This document shows, piece after piece, positions 6,007 to 15,825 of a stretch of DNA of 38,721 nucleotides. Both the position numbers and the translations under genes were made by a program. The stretch's first letter is position 1. The number at the start of each line of letters is the position of its first letter. This stretch comes from a virus (Duplodnaviria > Caudoviricetes), in IMG/VR virus record IMGVR_UViG_3300024331_000122, positions 1-38,721 of that record. The stretch is one strand, 5' to 3'. The notes beneath the pieces are model-generated. The model did no database searches, was not told the DNA's origin, and saw only the letters and a list, made by a program, of their open reading frames with translations.

Positions 6007-9000
6007 TTTCCCCTCATCGCGCGGACCGCCGCGTCCAGTTCACCGCGCAGCTTCACCTGCTCCTCCGGAAGATAGTGAGGCAGCGTTTTCCCCTTCGCCT
6101 GCAGAAACGCCAGCAGCTTGCGCTTCTCCTCCGAAGTCGCGTACTTCCACTCCCGCAGCGACTCATCCAATGGCAACCGCCGGAACTCGCGCACCAGGGG
6201 ATCCACCTGGCTATCGCGCTCGATTCGAGTCTTGTCCGCCGGCGTGATCTGTCCGCCGCGCAGTGCGTCCACCACCGCTTGTTTGTTTCCGCCGGCAAAC
6301 TCGCGCCGCAGTCCGCTCATGACGTCGCGATGCTCCGACTCGGCCTGCGTTCGCCCACCACCCGGAATGTGCTTCGCTATGTAGCTGCGCATCTCGTTCT
6401 CGAGCGGCGATCGCGTCATGTAGCCTGGCGCCGGCGTGATGCCGAAGAAGCCCGCAGCCGATTTCCCGATCGACTCACCGGATCGCCGTCGCTGTTGAAA
6501 GTTGCGGATCGAGAACGGTAGGAACTGCTCGCCCACGTACTTCATTTCCTGCAGCACCTGCTTCACCACCGGATCGTCCGCGTGCCGGATCTCGGTACCG
6601 TAGTAGTCCTGATTGTTCAGCATCGCCACCACGGCGGCCGCCAGCGGGTGAAGCTTGTGGCCGATCGTTCCAATCACATCGCGCTTCACCGCGAAGACGT
6701 CCTTCATGTAGGTGGCCAGCTGCACGCGCTCCGGACGTCCTTGCTCGTCCACCTTCCCCGTTCGTGGAAAGAAATAATCGCGCGGATCCTTCGGCACCTC
6801 GCCCGTCGATACGTAGTTCAGTACCGCGCCCGCCCAGCCCGCGACAATCGGCAACGCCATCACGTACGCGGCGCGTGGACCAAGTCTCACCGGACGGTGA
6901 CGCACCGCATCGTTCGACATCTTCACCATGTCCATCGCGCCGCCGCCGATCTCGCGGATCGATCCGAGATTCCAGCCCAGCGATCGCACCGACGCCATGC
7001 CCAGGTCCTTCACCGCCTTGTTCCAGAACAAATTGTCGTAGACGAACTGGCCCATGCGATTGTCGACGGAGTCCCACGCCTCGCCGAGCCGCTGACGGAT
7101 CACATCGCGCGGCGCGTCCGGACCCAGCCGCTCGACCTCCATCTCCGCCATCTTCGCGAACACGCCCAGCTTGAGCCGCGGAATCAGGTGCTCCATCAAT
7201 GGCGCTGCCACCTTTTGCAGTGCTGCCGGAAACGCCTTCAGTCCCGCCTTGCCCCACTCGCCGTTCTTCCACGCTTCGAAAAACTGCTGCGCCGCGGTCC
7301 CCTTGAAAAACTCATCCATCCGGACGCGGCCGCCGCCCGTCACAACGGCGTCCGCCAGCTTCGTCATCTCCGCGTAGCGTCCAGGTGACAGATACTCCTT
7401 CAGCAGCCGGTTGCCTTTCAGATAAGTCACAATCGGGGATCCCACCAGCGACGCTGCGCGAGCTGCCGGCGCAGCAGCCTTTCCAAACTCTCCGCCGGCG
7501 ACACGTTGGAATGCCAGTGCCAGATCGGACGTCGTCGCGTCGAGCGCCGCGAACATCGCGTGGAACGCCGACACGCCCAGCTGCGCCTGGTTCAGTACGT
7601 TGCTCGCCGTGCGCCATGCTTGATACACCGCGTTGCGTCCCAGCCCGGGCGACAGGTAATTGTTGACGACGCGCGCCACGTCCTTCGGCATCCAGTAGCG
7701 GCCGCGAATGATCAATCCGCCGGCGTCCACCGTGCCGCTGCCGGTTCCAATCACCAGCGACGGTTTGATTTTCCGTAACGGCTGCAGTTCCGGATGCGCA
7801 TCGATCACCGCTTCCAGTGCTGCCTTTGCCTTCGGTGCGACGCGCTCCAACAATTCCGGTGTGTGAACGTACGCGTGGATCAGATTCGCTTCCTGCTCCG
7901 CGCGACGCTGGACGTACTCGCGAAAACCTTGATCCACGTTCTCGCCGGCAAAGCGCTGGTCCGCAAGATTGCGCAGCTCCTGCGCGACGCCCGGCGTTTT
8001 GTTCAACTCGGTGTGTAGCCGATACCGCCGCCCGATCTCGTGGCCGATCTCATGCGTCAGCACACTCTCCGGACCGCCGAACCGTGTCTCCACGATGCCC
8101 GGTTTCGACAGTCCCCACGCACCGCGTTCTCCCTTGATCGTTGACGTGCGATCATGGCGGATCTTCAGGTCCTTGGCAAACTGGTTCAACTGATCCATCA
8201 GCCGCTCGTCAAACGCTTCCTTGACGTTCACCTTCGAGCCGCCGTAGACGGTCGTGATCGCATCATCGACGGTGGCCCAGTCTTGCGGACCCTTCTTGAA
8301 GATCTCGACATAGCGGGCCAGGTGCCGGTCGTTTAACTCCTGCATGATCCGGTGCGCGGCCAGGTACTTATCCATTTCAAAAAGTTTGATCGCAGTCAGC
8401 CGTATCGGATTCGATGACACGGGACGCAGGCCTGCCTCAATGCCCTCGCGCGTGGTGGGAATCGAGCGCTCCTTCAAGAACGCCTTCGATCCTTCCAGCG
8501 GCGCGGCCTTCCCGAGCAGTCCCTTCAGGATCTCCGCGGCCTTGCTCGGCTTCTCCCAAATGTGCGGGAAATAATTCTGGATCCACCGCTCCAGCTTGCC
8601 CGTGCCCAGATCCTGGATTGCTTGCCGGCGTCGATCGAGTTCGCGACGCAACACGTCCGCCAGCCGTTGATCCGCTTCGGTGAGCTGTTGCGCACCCTGC
8701 TCCATGCGATCGATGAAGTCCATGTTGGCGTTGATGCCGCGCTGATCCATGCGCCGGATCTCCGAGTCCATCGCCTGCAGGAACTGCTCCTTCACGCGCG
8801 CGATCTCCGCCGCGTTCTCGCGGATGGTTCCCTTGGCGACGTCCGCCGCCTTCACGCTTTCGAACGTTCGCCGCATCTCGTCGCCGATCGCCGCCGCGAT
8901 TCTTTGCTTGTCCATCCCCGGCAACGTCTGCTGCTGATCCGCCACGCGCTTCGGCACTCGCGCCGCCGCGGCGTCTTCCCCATGCTCCGCGGCCGCCCGC

Positions 9001-11594
9001 ATCGCATCACCTGCAGGACCCGGCAGCCGCAGACTCTCGCGGACCGGCGCAGCTTCGGCCGGTGGTGGACCTTGAATTGTGTTCAGGGTTCGCTCGCGCT
9101 CTGTCTGGTTCTTGCGATCGATCTCCGACCGCGAGTAGTCCTTCACCACCTGATCCACAATTTTTTCAAGTTGCTCGACGCGGCGCTGAATCTCAGGTGG
9201 ATAGTTGCCGTCCGGATAATCGCGAACGTAGCCGCTCCACTCTTTGTCGAACTTGGGCAGATCCTTCATGCCGTAAACGACCTGGCCGGCCTTCACTCGC
9301 ATCGCCTCGCCGCGCTCGAAGAAATCGGCCGGTAAACTATCCGGCGCGATCTCCAGCAGCTTCAACTTCGATTGCGTCTCACGCACAATGCGGCCGGCAT
9401 CGCGCACAGCATCTTCCATGCCGGGGATCTTCAGGCCGAGCTGCTCAGGTTGGGATTGGGAAAGTAACTCGAAGAGACTTGCTTGCGGGGTAGGGGAACT
9501 GCGTCGTACTCGAGCCGCATCGCCGAACAGCGACGGGCCTGGGTCAACCCACGGTTTTTCTACGTCGCCTTCGGCGCCTTCTGCCGCTGGTTCGCCGCCA
9601 GATACTGCTTCACCTGCGCCGCCACCAGGTGCTTGTCCTTGGGTAAGAGTCTTGGAAACCTCGTCGCGGATGGCGTCGTAGGCAGACTGTTTAACGGCTT
9701 TTGCGTTGTCTCCATTTGCTAACCTTTCCGCGGCCGCGTTCAGCGCCCGCCCAATCGGTCCTTCGTACGCGCTCAGGCGATTATACAGTTCTTCGGCTTG
9801 CGCCGCACTCTGAGAAATTTCCGCGTTCTTATCCGTCGCGATCACGTTGCCGGCGCGGCCCAGTTCCTCAGCACGCCCTTCCTTCGCGACGAAACCAAAC
9901 AGCCGGCGTTCGCGCGCCAGGCGTTCCTTCACGTACGCGGAGATCTCCGCTTTCTCTAACGCGAGATTCCGCGTTTGATCTTCCATGCCGAACAACGTGG
10001 ATTGCGTCGACGTGTGCTCGCCGGCGCCCTTCGTGAATCGCGCCAGCTCCTGCACCGTGTCGTCAGAAACTTTCTTGCCCTTCTCCTCGGCGTCCTCGAT
10101 CAGCTTGACGATCGACCACTGCTGCGCGGGATCCGACGTCGTGTCACCGATCGCCACCGCGCGATTCAACGGAATGTCACGCGCCACCACTCGATCGAAC
10201 AGTGGAGCGTCGAGCCTGGCCAGTGCGAGTCCCTTGTTCGCCGTCGCCTCGCCCAGCGAGATTCCCTCCGCCTCCAACTCCTCGCGCGTGAATCCGGAGT
10301 CGCGGAAAAACTTCGCTGCGTCGATCGGTGTGCCGCGGCCCTCGGCGATATTCTGCAACGCGCCGATCGCCCGCGCTGTCGGCGCGTCCGGTGCTTCGAG
10401 CTTCATCACGTTCATCACGGGCTGTCCGGTTCGCCGCGCGAGCTCGAGCCGGTGGTGTCCGTTGATGACGTACGTGCGCCCGTCCGCCGGATCGTCCCAC
10501 ACCGAGATCACGCCGCCGAGGTTCGGATTGAATTTCTTCTGCTCCTTCAGCAGATTCCCTACGCCCTCGGCGCCGGTGTCGAGTTTGAACTGGAAGCGCT
10601 CCGGATCCACCGCAATGTCTTGCGTGCGCATCGGACCCACCTGGCCGTCGCCGGCGCGAAGGTTCACTTGCGCGCGCGTGTCGGGCTCCACTGGCTTCTC
10701 TTCGAAGAAGTCCGCCGGTAATGTGGCGGGTGGTGCAGCCGGTGGTGTTTCTTCTGGTAGTGCTGGCAGTGCCTCCGGTACTGCAGGAGCAGCTTCCGGA
10801 GGCATGGCAGCAGCGCGACGCACCGCCGGGGATGGGGATTGGGGGGTGGCCGGTGCTTCGCGAACTTGTGATGGACGTGTACCTGGCGCCTGCACTTCAG
10901 CAGGAGGTGGTGCGCCGACAGGACGTGGCGCGCGCAAACTATCGCGAATCTCTTTCGCGTACTTCGGAACGAACGGACCGAACAGCACAGCCGCCTCGCC
11001 GACTGCCCCGCCAAGATCACCAGATCCCGCCGTTTCTCCAACGCCGGCGGCGAGAGGTCCATACATTGGCACAGCCGCCGCTGCGAGGTGCCCCAGTGCT
11101 TCCGTGCGATGTCCCGCGTCGATCTCTTCGCTCGCACGGCGCACCTGGTCAGCCTGCGGCTCGTACAACATTTTTCCTGATCGATAAGCGAAAAGAGCAC
11201 TCTGGCCTGCGGCGCCTCCTCCAGCACCCGTATAAACTCCAATTTCCTCGGGAGTCTCCGGCGGCATCGCGCCCGCGCCCACCGTTTGAGCAGCGAACGT
11301 TCCAATGCCGAGACCAGCGCGCCCAGCGCCCTTTCCAATACCCTCTATGAAGCCTGTATCGGGCTTGCTCTCGACGTTCATCACGTCGCCGATCTTTTTG
11401 AGGTATGGCGTCAGGACGTCCGCGGCCTCGCCGAGTCCCATCTCGTCAACAATCGATCCGGGTGTTAACGGGGGTTTCGGCTTGCGCTTTGGCACATCAG
11501 AGGTGCCAGCTTTGGATTCAAAATCGAAACTGGCAGGGAGCGTCTTCGGCGCTTCGTCAAAGAAGTGCGCCGGCAGTGTCGCTGGTGCTCCCAA
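6003..11594 (-). CDS. Giant internal virion/ejection (polyvalent) protein with ParB-like domain and HEXXH metallopeptidase-like motif
   Basis: 1863 aa, last of the ejection genes; ISVWDDPADGRTYVINGHHR (ParB/Srx fold), THEIGH, helical C-terminal region; repeated LPAxFF motif. Confidence 0.8.
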   Translation of the reverse strand: MGAPATLPAHFFDEAPKTLPASFDFESKAGTSDVPKRKPKPPLTPGSIVDEMGLGEAADVLTPYLKKIGDVMNVESKPDTGFIEGIGKGAGRAGLGIGTFAAQTVGAGAMPPETPEEIGVYTGAGGGAAGQSALFAYRSGKMLYEPQADQVRRASEEIDAGHRTEALGHLAAAAVPMYGPLAAGVGETAGSGDLGGAVGEAAVLFGPFVPKYAKEIRDSLRAPRPVGAPPPAEVQAPGTRPSQVREAPATPQSPSPAVRRAAAMPPEAAPAVPEALPALPEETPPAAPPATLPADFFEEKPVEPDTRAQVNLRAGDGQVGPMRTQDIAVDPERFQFKLDTGAEGVGNLLKEQKKFNPNLGGVISVWDDPADGRTYVINGHHRLELARRTGQPVMNVMKLEAPDAPTARAIGALQNIAEGRGTPIDAAKFFRDSGFTREELEAEGISLGEATANKGLALARLDAPLFDRVVARDIPLNRAVAIGDTTSDPAQQWSIVKLIEDAEEKGKKVSDDTVQELARFTKGAGEHTSTQSTLFGMEDQTRNLALEKAEISAYVKERLARERRLFGFVAKEGRAEELGRAGNVIATDKNAEISQSAAQAEELYNRLSAYEGPIGRALNAAAERLANGDNAKAVKQSAYDAIRDEVSKTLTQGQAPGGGAGEAVSGGEPAAEGAEGDVEKPWVDPGPSLFGDAARVRRSSPTPQASLFELLSQSQPEQLGLKIPGMEDAVRDAGRIVRETQSKLKLLEIAPDSLPADFFERGEAMRVKAGQVVYGMKDLPKFDKEWSGYVRDYPDGNYPPEIQRRVEQLEKIVDQVVKDYSRSEIDRKNQTERERTLNTIQGPPPAEAAPVRESLRLPGPAGDAMRAAAEHGEDAAAARVPKRVADQQQTLPGMDKQRIAAAIGDEMRRTFESVKAADVAKGTIRENAAEIARVKEQFLQAMDSEIRRMDQRGINANMDFIDRMEQGAQQLTEADQRLADVLRRELDRRRQAIQDLGTGKLERWIQNYFPHIWEKPSKAAEILKGLLGKAAPLEGSKAFLKERSIPTTREGIEAGLRPVSSNPIRLTAIKLFEMDKYLAAHRIMQELNDRHLARYVEIFKKGPQDWATVDDAITTVYGGSKVNVKEAFDERLMDQLNQFAKDLKIRHDRTSTIKGERGAWGLSKPGIVETRFGGPESVLTHEIGHEIGRRYRLHTELNKTPGVAQELRNLADQRFAGENVDQGFREYVQRRAEQEANLIHAYVHTPELLERVAPKAKAALEAVIDAHPELQPLRKIKPSLVIGTGSGTVDAGGLIIRGRYWMPKDVARVVNNYLSPGLGRNAVYQAWRTASNVLNQAQLGVSAFHAMFAALDATTSDLALAFQRVAGGEFGKAAAPAARAASLVGSPIVTYLKGNRLLKEYLSPGRYAEMTKLADAVVTGGGRVRMDEFFKGTAAQQFFEAWKNGEWGKAGLKAFPAALQKVAAPLMEHLIPRLKLGVFAKMAEMEVERLGPDAPRDVIRQRLGEAWDSVDNRMGQFVYDNLFWNKAVKDLGMASVRSLGWNLGSIREIGGGAMDMVKMSNDAVRHRPVRLGPRAAYVMALPIVAGWAGAVLNYVSTGEVPKDPRDYFFPRTGKVDEQGRPERVQLATYMKDVFAVKRDVIGTIGHKLHPLAAAVVAMLNNQDYYGTEIRHADDPVVKQVLQEMKYVGEQFLPFSIRNFQQRRRSGESIGKSAAGFFGITPAPGYMTRSPLENEMRSYIAKHIPGGGRTQAESEHRDVMSGLRREFAGGNKQAVVDALRGGQITPADKTRIERDSQVDPLVREFRRLPLDESLREWKYATSEEKRKLLAFLQAKGKTLPHYLPEEQVKLRGELDAAVRAMRGN

Positions 11595-12944
11595 TCATCG
11601 CACCCACTGTTTTCCATCGAACGTATACTCGTGGCCCATGTACGTCTTCTTCTGGCCCTTCGCCGGTCCGGCCGCCGCGGTTGACTTCGACGCCGCGCGA
11701 TCGCCGGCTGGATACTCCATGTGTGCCGGCGAGCCACCAGCCGCCGCGATCTCCGCTTCGTATGCATCCTGGATCTGCTGCTTCGCGTCGCGCAGATCGT
11801 CAGGACTCATTGCCTCAGTGCGCGCTCGCTTCTCCAACTGCTGCAGCGCCGTTTGCTTCCTCGTCTCGATCGCCGCCGACTGACCAGGCGTTGCGCGTTG
11901 CGGACGCTCCGGACGATTGTCCACGTTGTACGCCGGCACCAGCAGCTTGCGCGCTTTATAGCCACGCACAAATTGCTGCTCCTCCTGGTTCTTCGGACCG
12001 CCGCGGCCCATGATCTCGCTGTAACGTCGATCGTCCACAATCGCCGGATCCGGCTTGTCTTCCTTTTCCGGCTTCAGCGTCTTCACGCGTGCCGACATAT
12101 CCAGCGTTGTGCCCGGCTTCGTGTACTTACCCGTCGCGGGATTGTAGTTCAACGTCGCCGGCGTGTCATCGTCCAGCACCACCTGCACGCGTTGCAGGTT
12201 CGGCTCCTTCGGCTCCGGACGCTCGTCGATGCGCCGGTTCTGGATGTCTTCTATTTCCCGGTTGTGCCGCTGACGTTCGATCTCCATCTCGCGGCGCATC
12301 GCTTCCGTTGCGTCGATGCCGGCAAGTTTCACCTGCTCGTCGCGCCGGCCCTTACCCATCGCCTCCTGATGCGCGGCCTCCTGCGTCGCGCGCAGGTACG
12401 GAACGTCCAGCGAGTTTGCGTACTCCTTGACGCCGTGCAGTCCACCGCTGAGTCCGGAAAACGCCGAGTTCAGCGCCTGCAGGATCTTCCCGCCGCGCCC
12501 TGGTGCGATCACCTTTCCGTCCGCGTCCTCGTACGCGCCTGCTCCCAGGTCCGGACGTCGCTTCGGCATCCGCGGAGCCTTCGCCAGTTGCGCGCGCACT
12601 TGAGCGAGATAGTCATCCATGCGTGGCACGCCCTGCTGCTGTGCCGACGGAGGTGCACCTGGTGCCGCTGCCGCAGGAGCTGCCTGGCCACCGCCAAAAG
12701 GATCCCCCACCGGATCGGGCGAAGGACCATTGTCGTAATCGGGAGACTCTTCGCGCTTCGGCGCCAGAGCGTTCAACGCTGAAACGATTCCCGCCTGTGG
12801 CGCAACTGGCGGCCGCTGCGCCGGCGCAGAATCCTTGGGAGGATTCATCAGCATGGCGGCCAGGCGCCGTTTGCGTTGCTCGGGAGTTTCTTCGCCCTCT
12901 ACCGGCTCGTCGACTTCGGATTCGGGATCCAGCAAGCTATACAT
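11595..12944 (-). CDS. Ejection (internal virion) protein 2
   Basis: Low-complexity, Cys-free, helical; sits between the pilot-like gene and the giant gene; C-terminal GQKKTYMGHEYTFDGKQWVR. Confidence 0.7.
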   Translation of the reverse strand: MYSLLDPESEVDEPVEGEETPEQRKRRLAAMLMNPPKDSAPAQRPPVAPQAGIVSALNALAPKREESPDYDNGPSPDPVGDPFGGGQAAPAAAAPGAPPSAQQQGVPRMDDYLAQVRAQLAKAPRMPKRRPDLGAGAYEDADGKVIAPGRGGKILQALNSAFSGLSGGLHGVKEYANSLDVPYLRATQEAAHQEAMGKGRRDEQVKLAGIDATEAMRREMEIERQRHNREIEDIQNRRIDERPEPKEPNLQRVQVVLDDDTPATLNYNPATGKYTKPGTTLDMSARVKTLKPEKEDKPDPAIVDDRRYSEIMGRGGPKNQEEQQFVRGYKARKLLVPAYNVDNRPERPQRATPGQSAAIETRKQTALQQLEKRARTEAMSPDDLRDAKQQIQDAYEAEIAAAGGSPAHMEYPAGDRAASKSTAAAGPAKGQKKTYMGHEYTFDGKQWVR

Positions 12945-12953
12945 AGCCTCTCC

Positions 12954-14426
12954 TCACATCGCGTACATCGGCGTGTAGTTCAACGTGCTGCTGTTCGGCG
13001 GCCCGCCGGCAGTCATCAGCGAGTTGGGTTTCTTCTTAAACGGGTTGTACACATTCGACTGGAACGGATTCGACTGCTGCTGGGTCTGCTGCTGCGGCGT
13101 GCCCGGTCCACCCGACATTGCGCGCTGCTGGCCACCCGTGCCCGGCATGCTCAGACCTTCGTCATATCCTGGATCCCCACCGTCCCATCCCGGATCGCCA
13201 CCCCAGTCCGGCGGATTCCAAATCGGACCGCCGCTGAAAATCGGAAGGCCACCATTGCCCGCCGGTCCGCCCGCACCATTCTGCGCACCGAGAAAGAACG
13301 ATTGCACCGTCGACGGCTGCTTGACCAGGTTGCCGATGTTCGTTGTCTCCTGTCCCGAGTAGCCGAGATTGCCGCCCAGCTCCTGGCCCATGATCCCTTC
13401 CAGATAACCCGTGTCACCCGTGAGGATCTGCCCCAGTCCCTGCGCGCCCGCCTGCTGGCCTTGGAACCGCGCCTGCTGGCCGGCCACCGTTCCTTGCGCG
13501 CGATTGTTCACCACCGCCTGCGTCTGGTTCGCGCGGTTCGCCGCGATGTCCTTCGTTGCATCGATGCGATTTTGCACGCCGGTGTTCAGCGCGTTCAGCC
13601 GATTGCCGAGAATCGCGTTCGTCCCCGTGATCGCCTGCTGCTGGATGTCCTTCGATGCCCCAACGTTCTGCTGCTGGATATCGCGCGACGCTCCCGTACG
13701 CTGCTGCGCCAACGTATTCGCGCGGCCGGCTTCCGTGTTGGAAATGTCCAGCTCGCCCTTCAACGCCGCGGCCGCTGCATCCTCGCCGCCCTCACGCGCC
13801 ATCTGTGCCACGGTCGCATTCATCCCCGCGCCTGGTCCGCCACCGTACGCCGCCGCGCGCCGCGACAGCGCATCCGCCGCACCTTGTTGCGATCGCCCAA
13901 ACTGGTCGCCGGCCAGCGTCAGCATCTTCGACTGTTGCTCCGGAGAGAGATCGATCTTCGATTTCTCCGCATCGCTGTAGTAGAGGCTGTTCGGGTCCTG
14001 ATACTTCAGGCTGTTCGGATCCGAATAGAACTGGCCCGCGCGCTCCTCCGGCGTCATGTACTCGCCGGCCTTCTCCTGGTCGGAGAGATAAAGCTGCTTC
14101 TGCTCCGGCTGCGAATACCCGAGCGCGTTCTTCTCGGCATCGTTGATGAACATCTGGCCTTGCTCGTCTTTGGTGAAGCCCGCGTGCTGGCTCAGGTTGT
14201 TATACGCGTCGAGCGCGCCCTGGTGCGAGTCGCTGCGCTGCTGCCGCGCCCCATTCACCATCGGATCGTAACGATCCTGCATCGTTCCCTGCAGCGCGCG
14301 GATCCGCGCGATCTGGTCCGCCGTCAGTCCGCGGTTGAACGCCGTGTTGCTCGCGTTGAGCGCACCCGCTCCGAGGCTTCCCAGCGTCCCCAGCAGTGCG
14401 AGAATCGGATCTTGCGTTGCACCCAT
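12954..14426 (-). CDS. Ejection / DNA-pilot-like protein 1
   Basis: Gly/Ala hydrophobic N-terminus, Q/A/G/N-rich, 10- and 11-residue periodic repeats. Confidence 0.7.
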   Translation of the reverse strand: MGATQDPILALLGTLGSLGAGALNASNTAFNRGLTADQIARIRALQGTMQDRYDPMVNGARQQRSDSHQGALDAYNNLSQHAGFTKDEQGQMFINDAEKNALGYSQPEQKQLYLSDQEKAGEYMTPEERAGQFYSDPNSLKYQDPNSLYYSDAEKSKIDLSPEQQSKMLTLAGDQFGRSQQGAADALSRRAAAYGGGPGAGMNATVAQMAREGGEDAAAAALKGELDISNTEAGRANTLAQQRTGASRDIQQQNVGASKDIQQQAITGTNAILGNRLNALNTGVQNRIDATKDIAANRANQTQAVVNNRAQGTVAGQQARFQGQQAGAQGLGQILTGDTGYLEGIMGQELGGNLGYSGQETTNIGNLVKQPSTVQSFFLGAQNGAGGPAGNGGLPIFSGGPIWNPPDWGGDPGWDGGDPGYDEGLSMPGTGGQQRAMSGGPGTPQQQTQQQSNPFQSNVYNPFKKKPNSLMTAGGPPNSSTLNYTPMYAM

Positions 14427-14428
14427 GC

Positions 14429-14674
14429 CTAGCCGCCTTTCTTCGACGCCTTCAGTTCCAGCGTCTCCAGATCGATCTCCGCGCCCAGCTCCTGCTCCAG
14501 CCGCGCCTTCAGTTGCTGGAACGTGCTGCTCTTGCGACCCAGCTCCGCCGTCAGCGCCTCGCTCGCGCGCAGCAGATTCACCTCAGCGATCGCCACCTCG
14601 CGATGCGCCATCAGTAAATCGATCTTCTGCGCTTCCTTCAGCGCCTTCACTTCTTCCGGTTCGCGACGTTTCAC
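14429..14674 (-). CDS. Small coiled-coil protein, possible tail-fibre chaperone
   Basis: GGAGGG RBS before GTG 14674 overlapping the fibre stop; heptad-like sequence. Confidence 0.6.
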   Translation of the reverse strand: MKRREPEEVKALKEAQKIDLLMAHREVAIAEVNLLRASEALTAELGRKSSTFQQLKARLEQELGAEIDLETLELKASKKGG

Positions 14675-15825
14675 ATCACCCTCCACGCGCCATTGATGCG
14701 CTGCAAGAATGTTCCAGTGCCGGGATTCAACGGCACCGTGGCTGACGCGGCTGAACCTGCCGCCGCTCCGTCCGTGATGCTATTCGCGTTGGTGCAGTAG
14801 ATCAGGCTTCCGTTTGTCGCCGCCGGCAGATTGGCAAAGGCGCACCCTGCAAACAGAACTTCACCGGGGTTCGCTCCATTCGCCTTTAGCGTCATCAACG
14901 TCTGGTTCGCCCCGATCAGCGTCTGCTGGGTGTTTTTATTGAACAGAATCGCGTACGACCCAGAAGCGTCCTGCACCAGAATATTGCCCGTGCTGAAGCT
15001 CGAAATGCCGCCGCGAAACGTCCCTGGCGCAGCATCATTGCCGTAAAAGAACAAGGACCCCGTATTCGAGTTCGACGTCTCGACCCGCACAACTTCCGTT
15101 GCGCCGCCAGTGCCGTAGACGTGCAGCCTCGCCGCCGGAGTGCCGATACCGATCGACGCATTTCCTGACCCGTCGCTGTTGATCGCGCCCGTCAAGTTCC
15201 CACTGTAGTTGATGTCGCGCACCCACAGCTCCGCCCAGCGATCCACGCTCGTTCCCAGCCGCCACGTATTTGCCAGGCCCGCGATGACGTCTCCGTAAAA
15301 GACCCAGGAACGAGACGCGCCGCTGCCAAGAATCGCCGCCATCGGCACGCCGTGCTTATCGTCAACTTCCAGAATCTCCCCGCCGCCGCCGTTCATGAAT
15401 ATGCTCCACGAGTCGCCGGCGAACGTCGGATTCCATGCACTGCTGAACAGCGCCCGAAACGGCTTGGCTTGCGATCCAATGAACTGCACCGAAGCCGCAT
15501 CCGCCAAAATGTTCCCCGCAAACGTCTGGTCCGCGGACCACGTCTGCGCGACGCTCAATCCTCCCAGCGTCGTATCCGCATCGGGAAGCCCGTAGGTGCG
15601 CGTCGTCGCTGACGCGATCCCCGCGGCGCTGAACTTCGCTTTCTTGCTCGCGTCCGCCGCGTTCTTAATCAGCGGCGACGCATCGGAAAACGGGAGCAGC
15701 GAGTTGATCGCCTTCGTCGTCGCGTTGTGATAATCCGCCACGCGGCGCAGCGCGGCCGCCAGCACGGGATTCTGCTGCTGGATCGCCGGCAGCTCCGGCA
15801 GCGAGATTTGATTGATGCCCGCCAT
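14671..15825 (-). CDS. Tail fibre / tailspike
   Basis: Follows the tail tube gene; LGTSVDRWAELWV and GNASIGIGTPAARLHVYG are fibre-type motifs. Confidence 0.75.
   Translation of the reverse strand: MAGINQISLPELPAIQQQNPVLAAALRRVADYHNATTKAINSLLPFSDASPLIKNAADASKKAKFSAAGIASATTRTYGLPDADTTLGGLSVAQTWSADQTFAGNILADAASVQFIGSQAKPFRALFSSAWNPTFAGDSWSIFMNGGGGEILEVDDKHGVPMAAILGSGASRSWVFYGDVIAGLANTWRLGTSVDRWAELWVRDINYSGNLTGAINSDGSGNASIGIGTPAARLHVYGTGGATEVVRVETSNSNTGSLFFYGNDAAPGTFRGGISSFSTGNILVQDASGSYAILFNKNTQQTLIGANQTLMTLKANGANPGEVLFAGCAFANLPAATNGSLIYCTNANSITDGAAAGSAASATVPLNPGTGTFLQRINGAWRVM

Noticed and set aside
6003-14426. Genome-wide TGA recoding (alternative genetic code)
   Set aside because: TGA acts as a normal stop in many ATGA/GTGA-coupled junctions, and genes are full length in code 11
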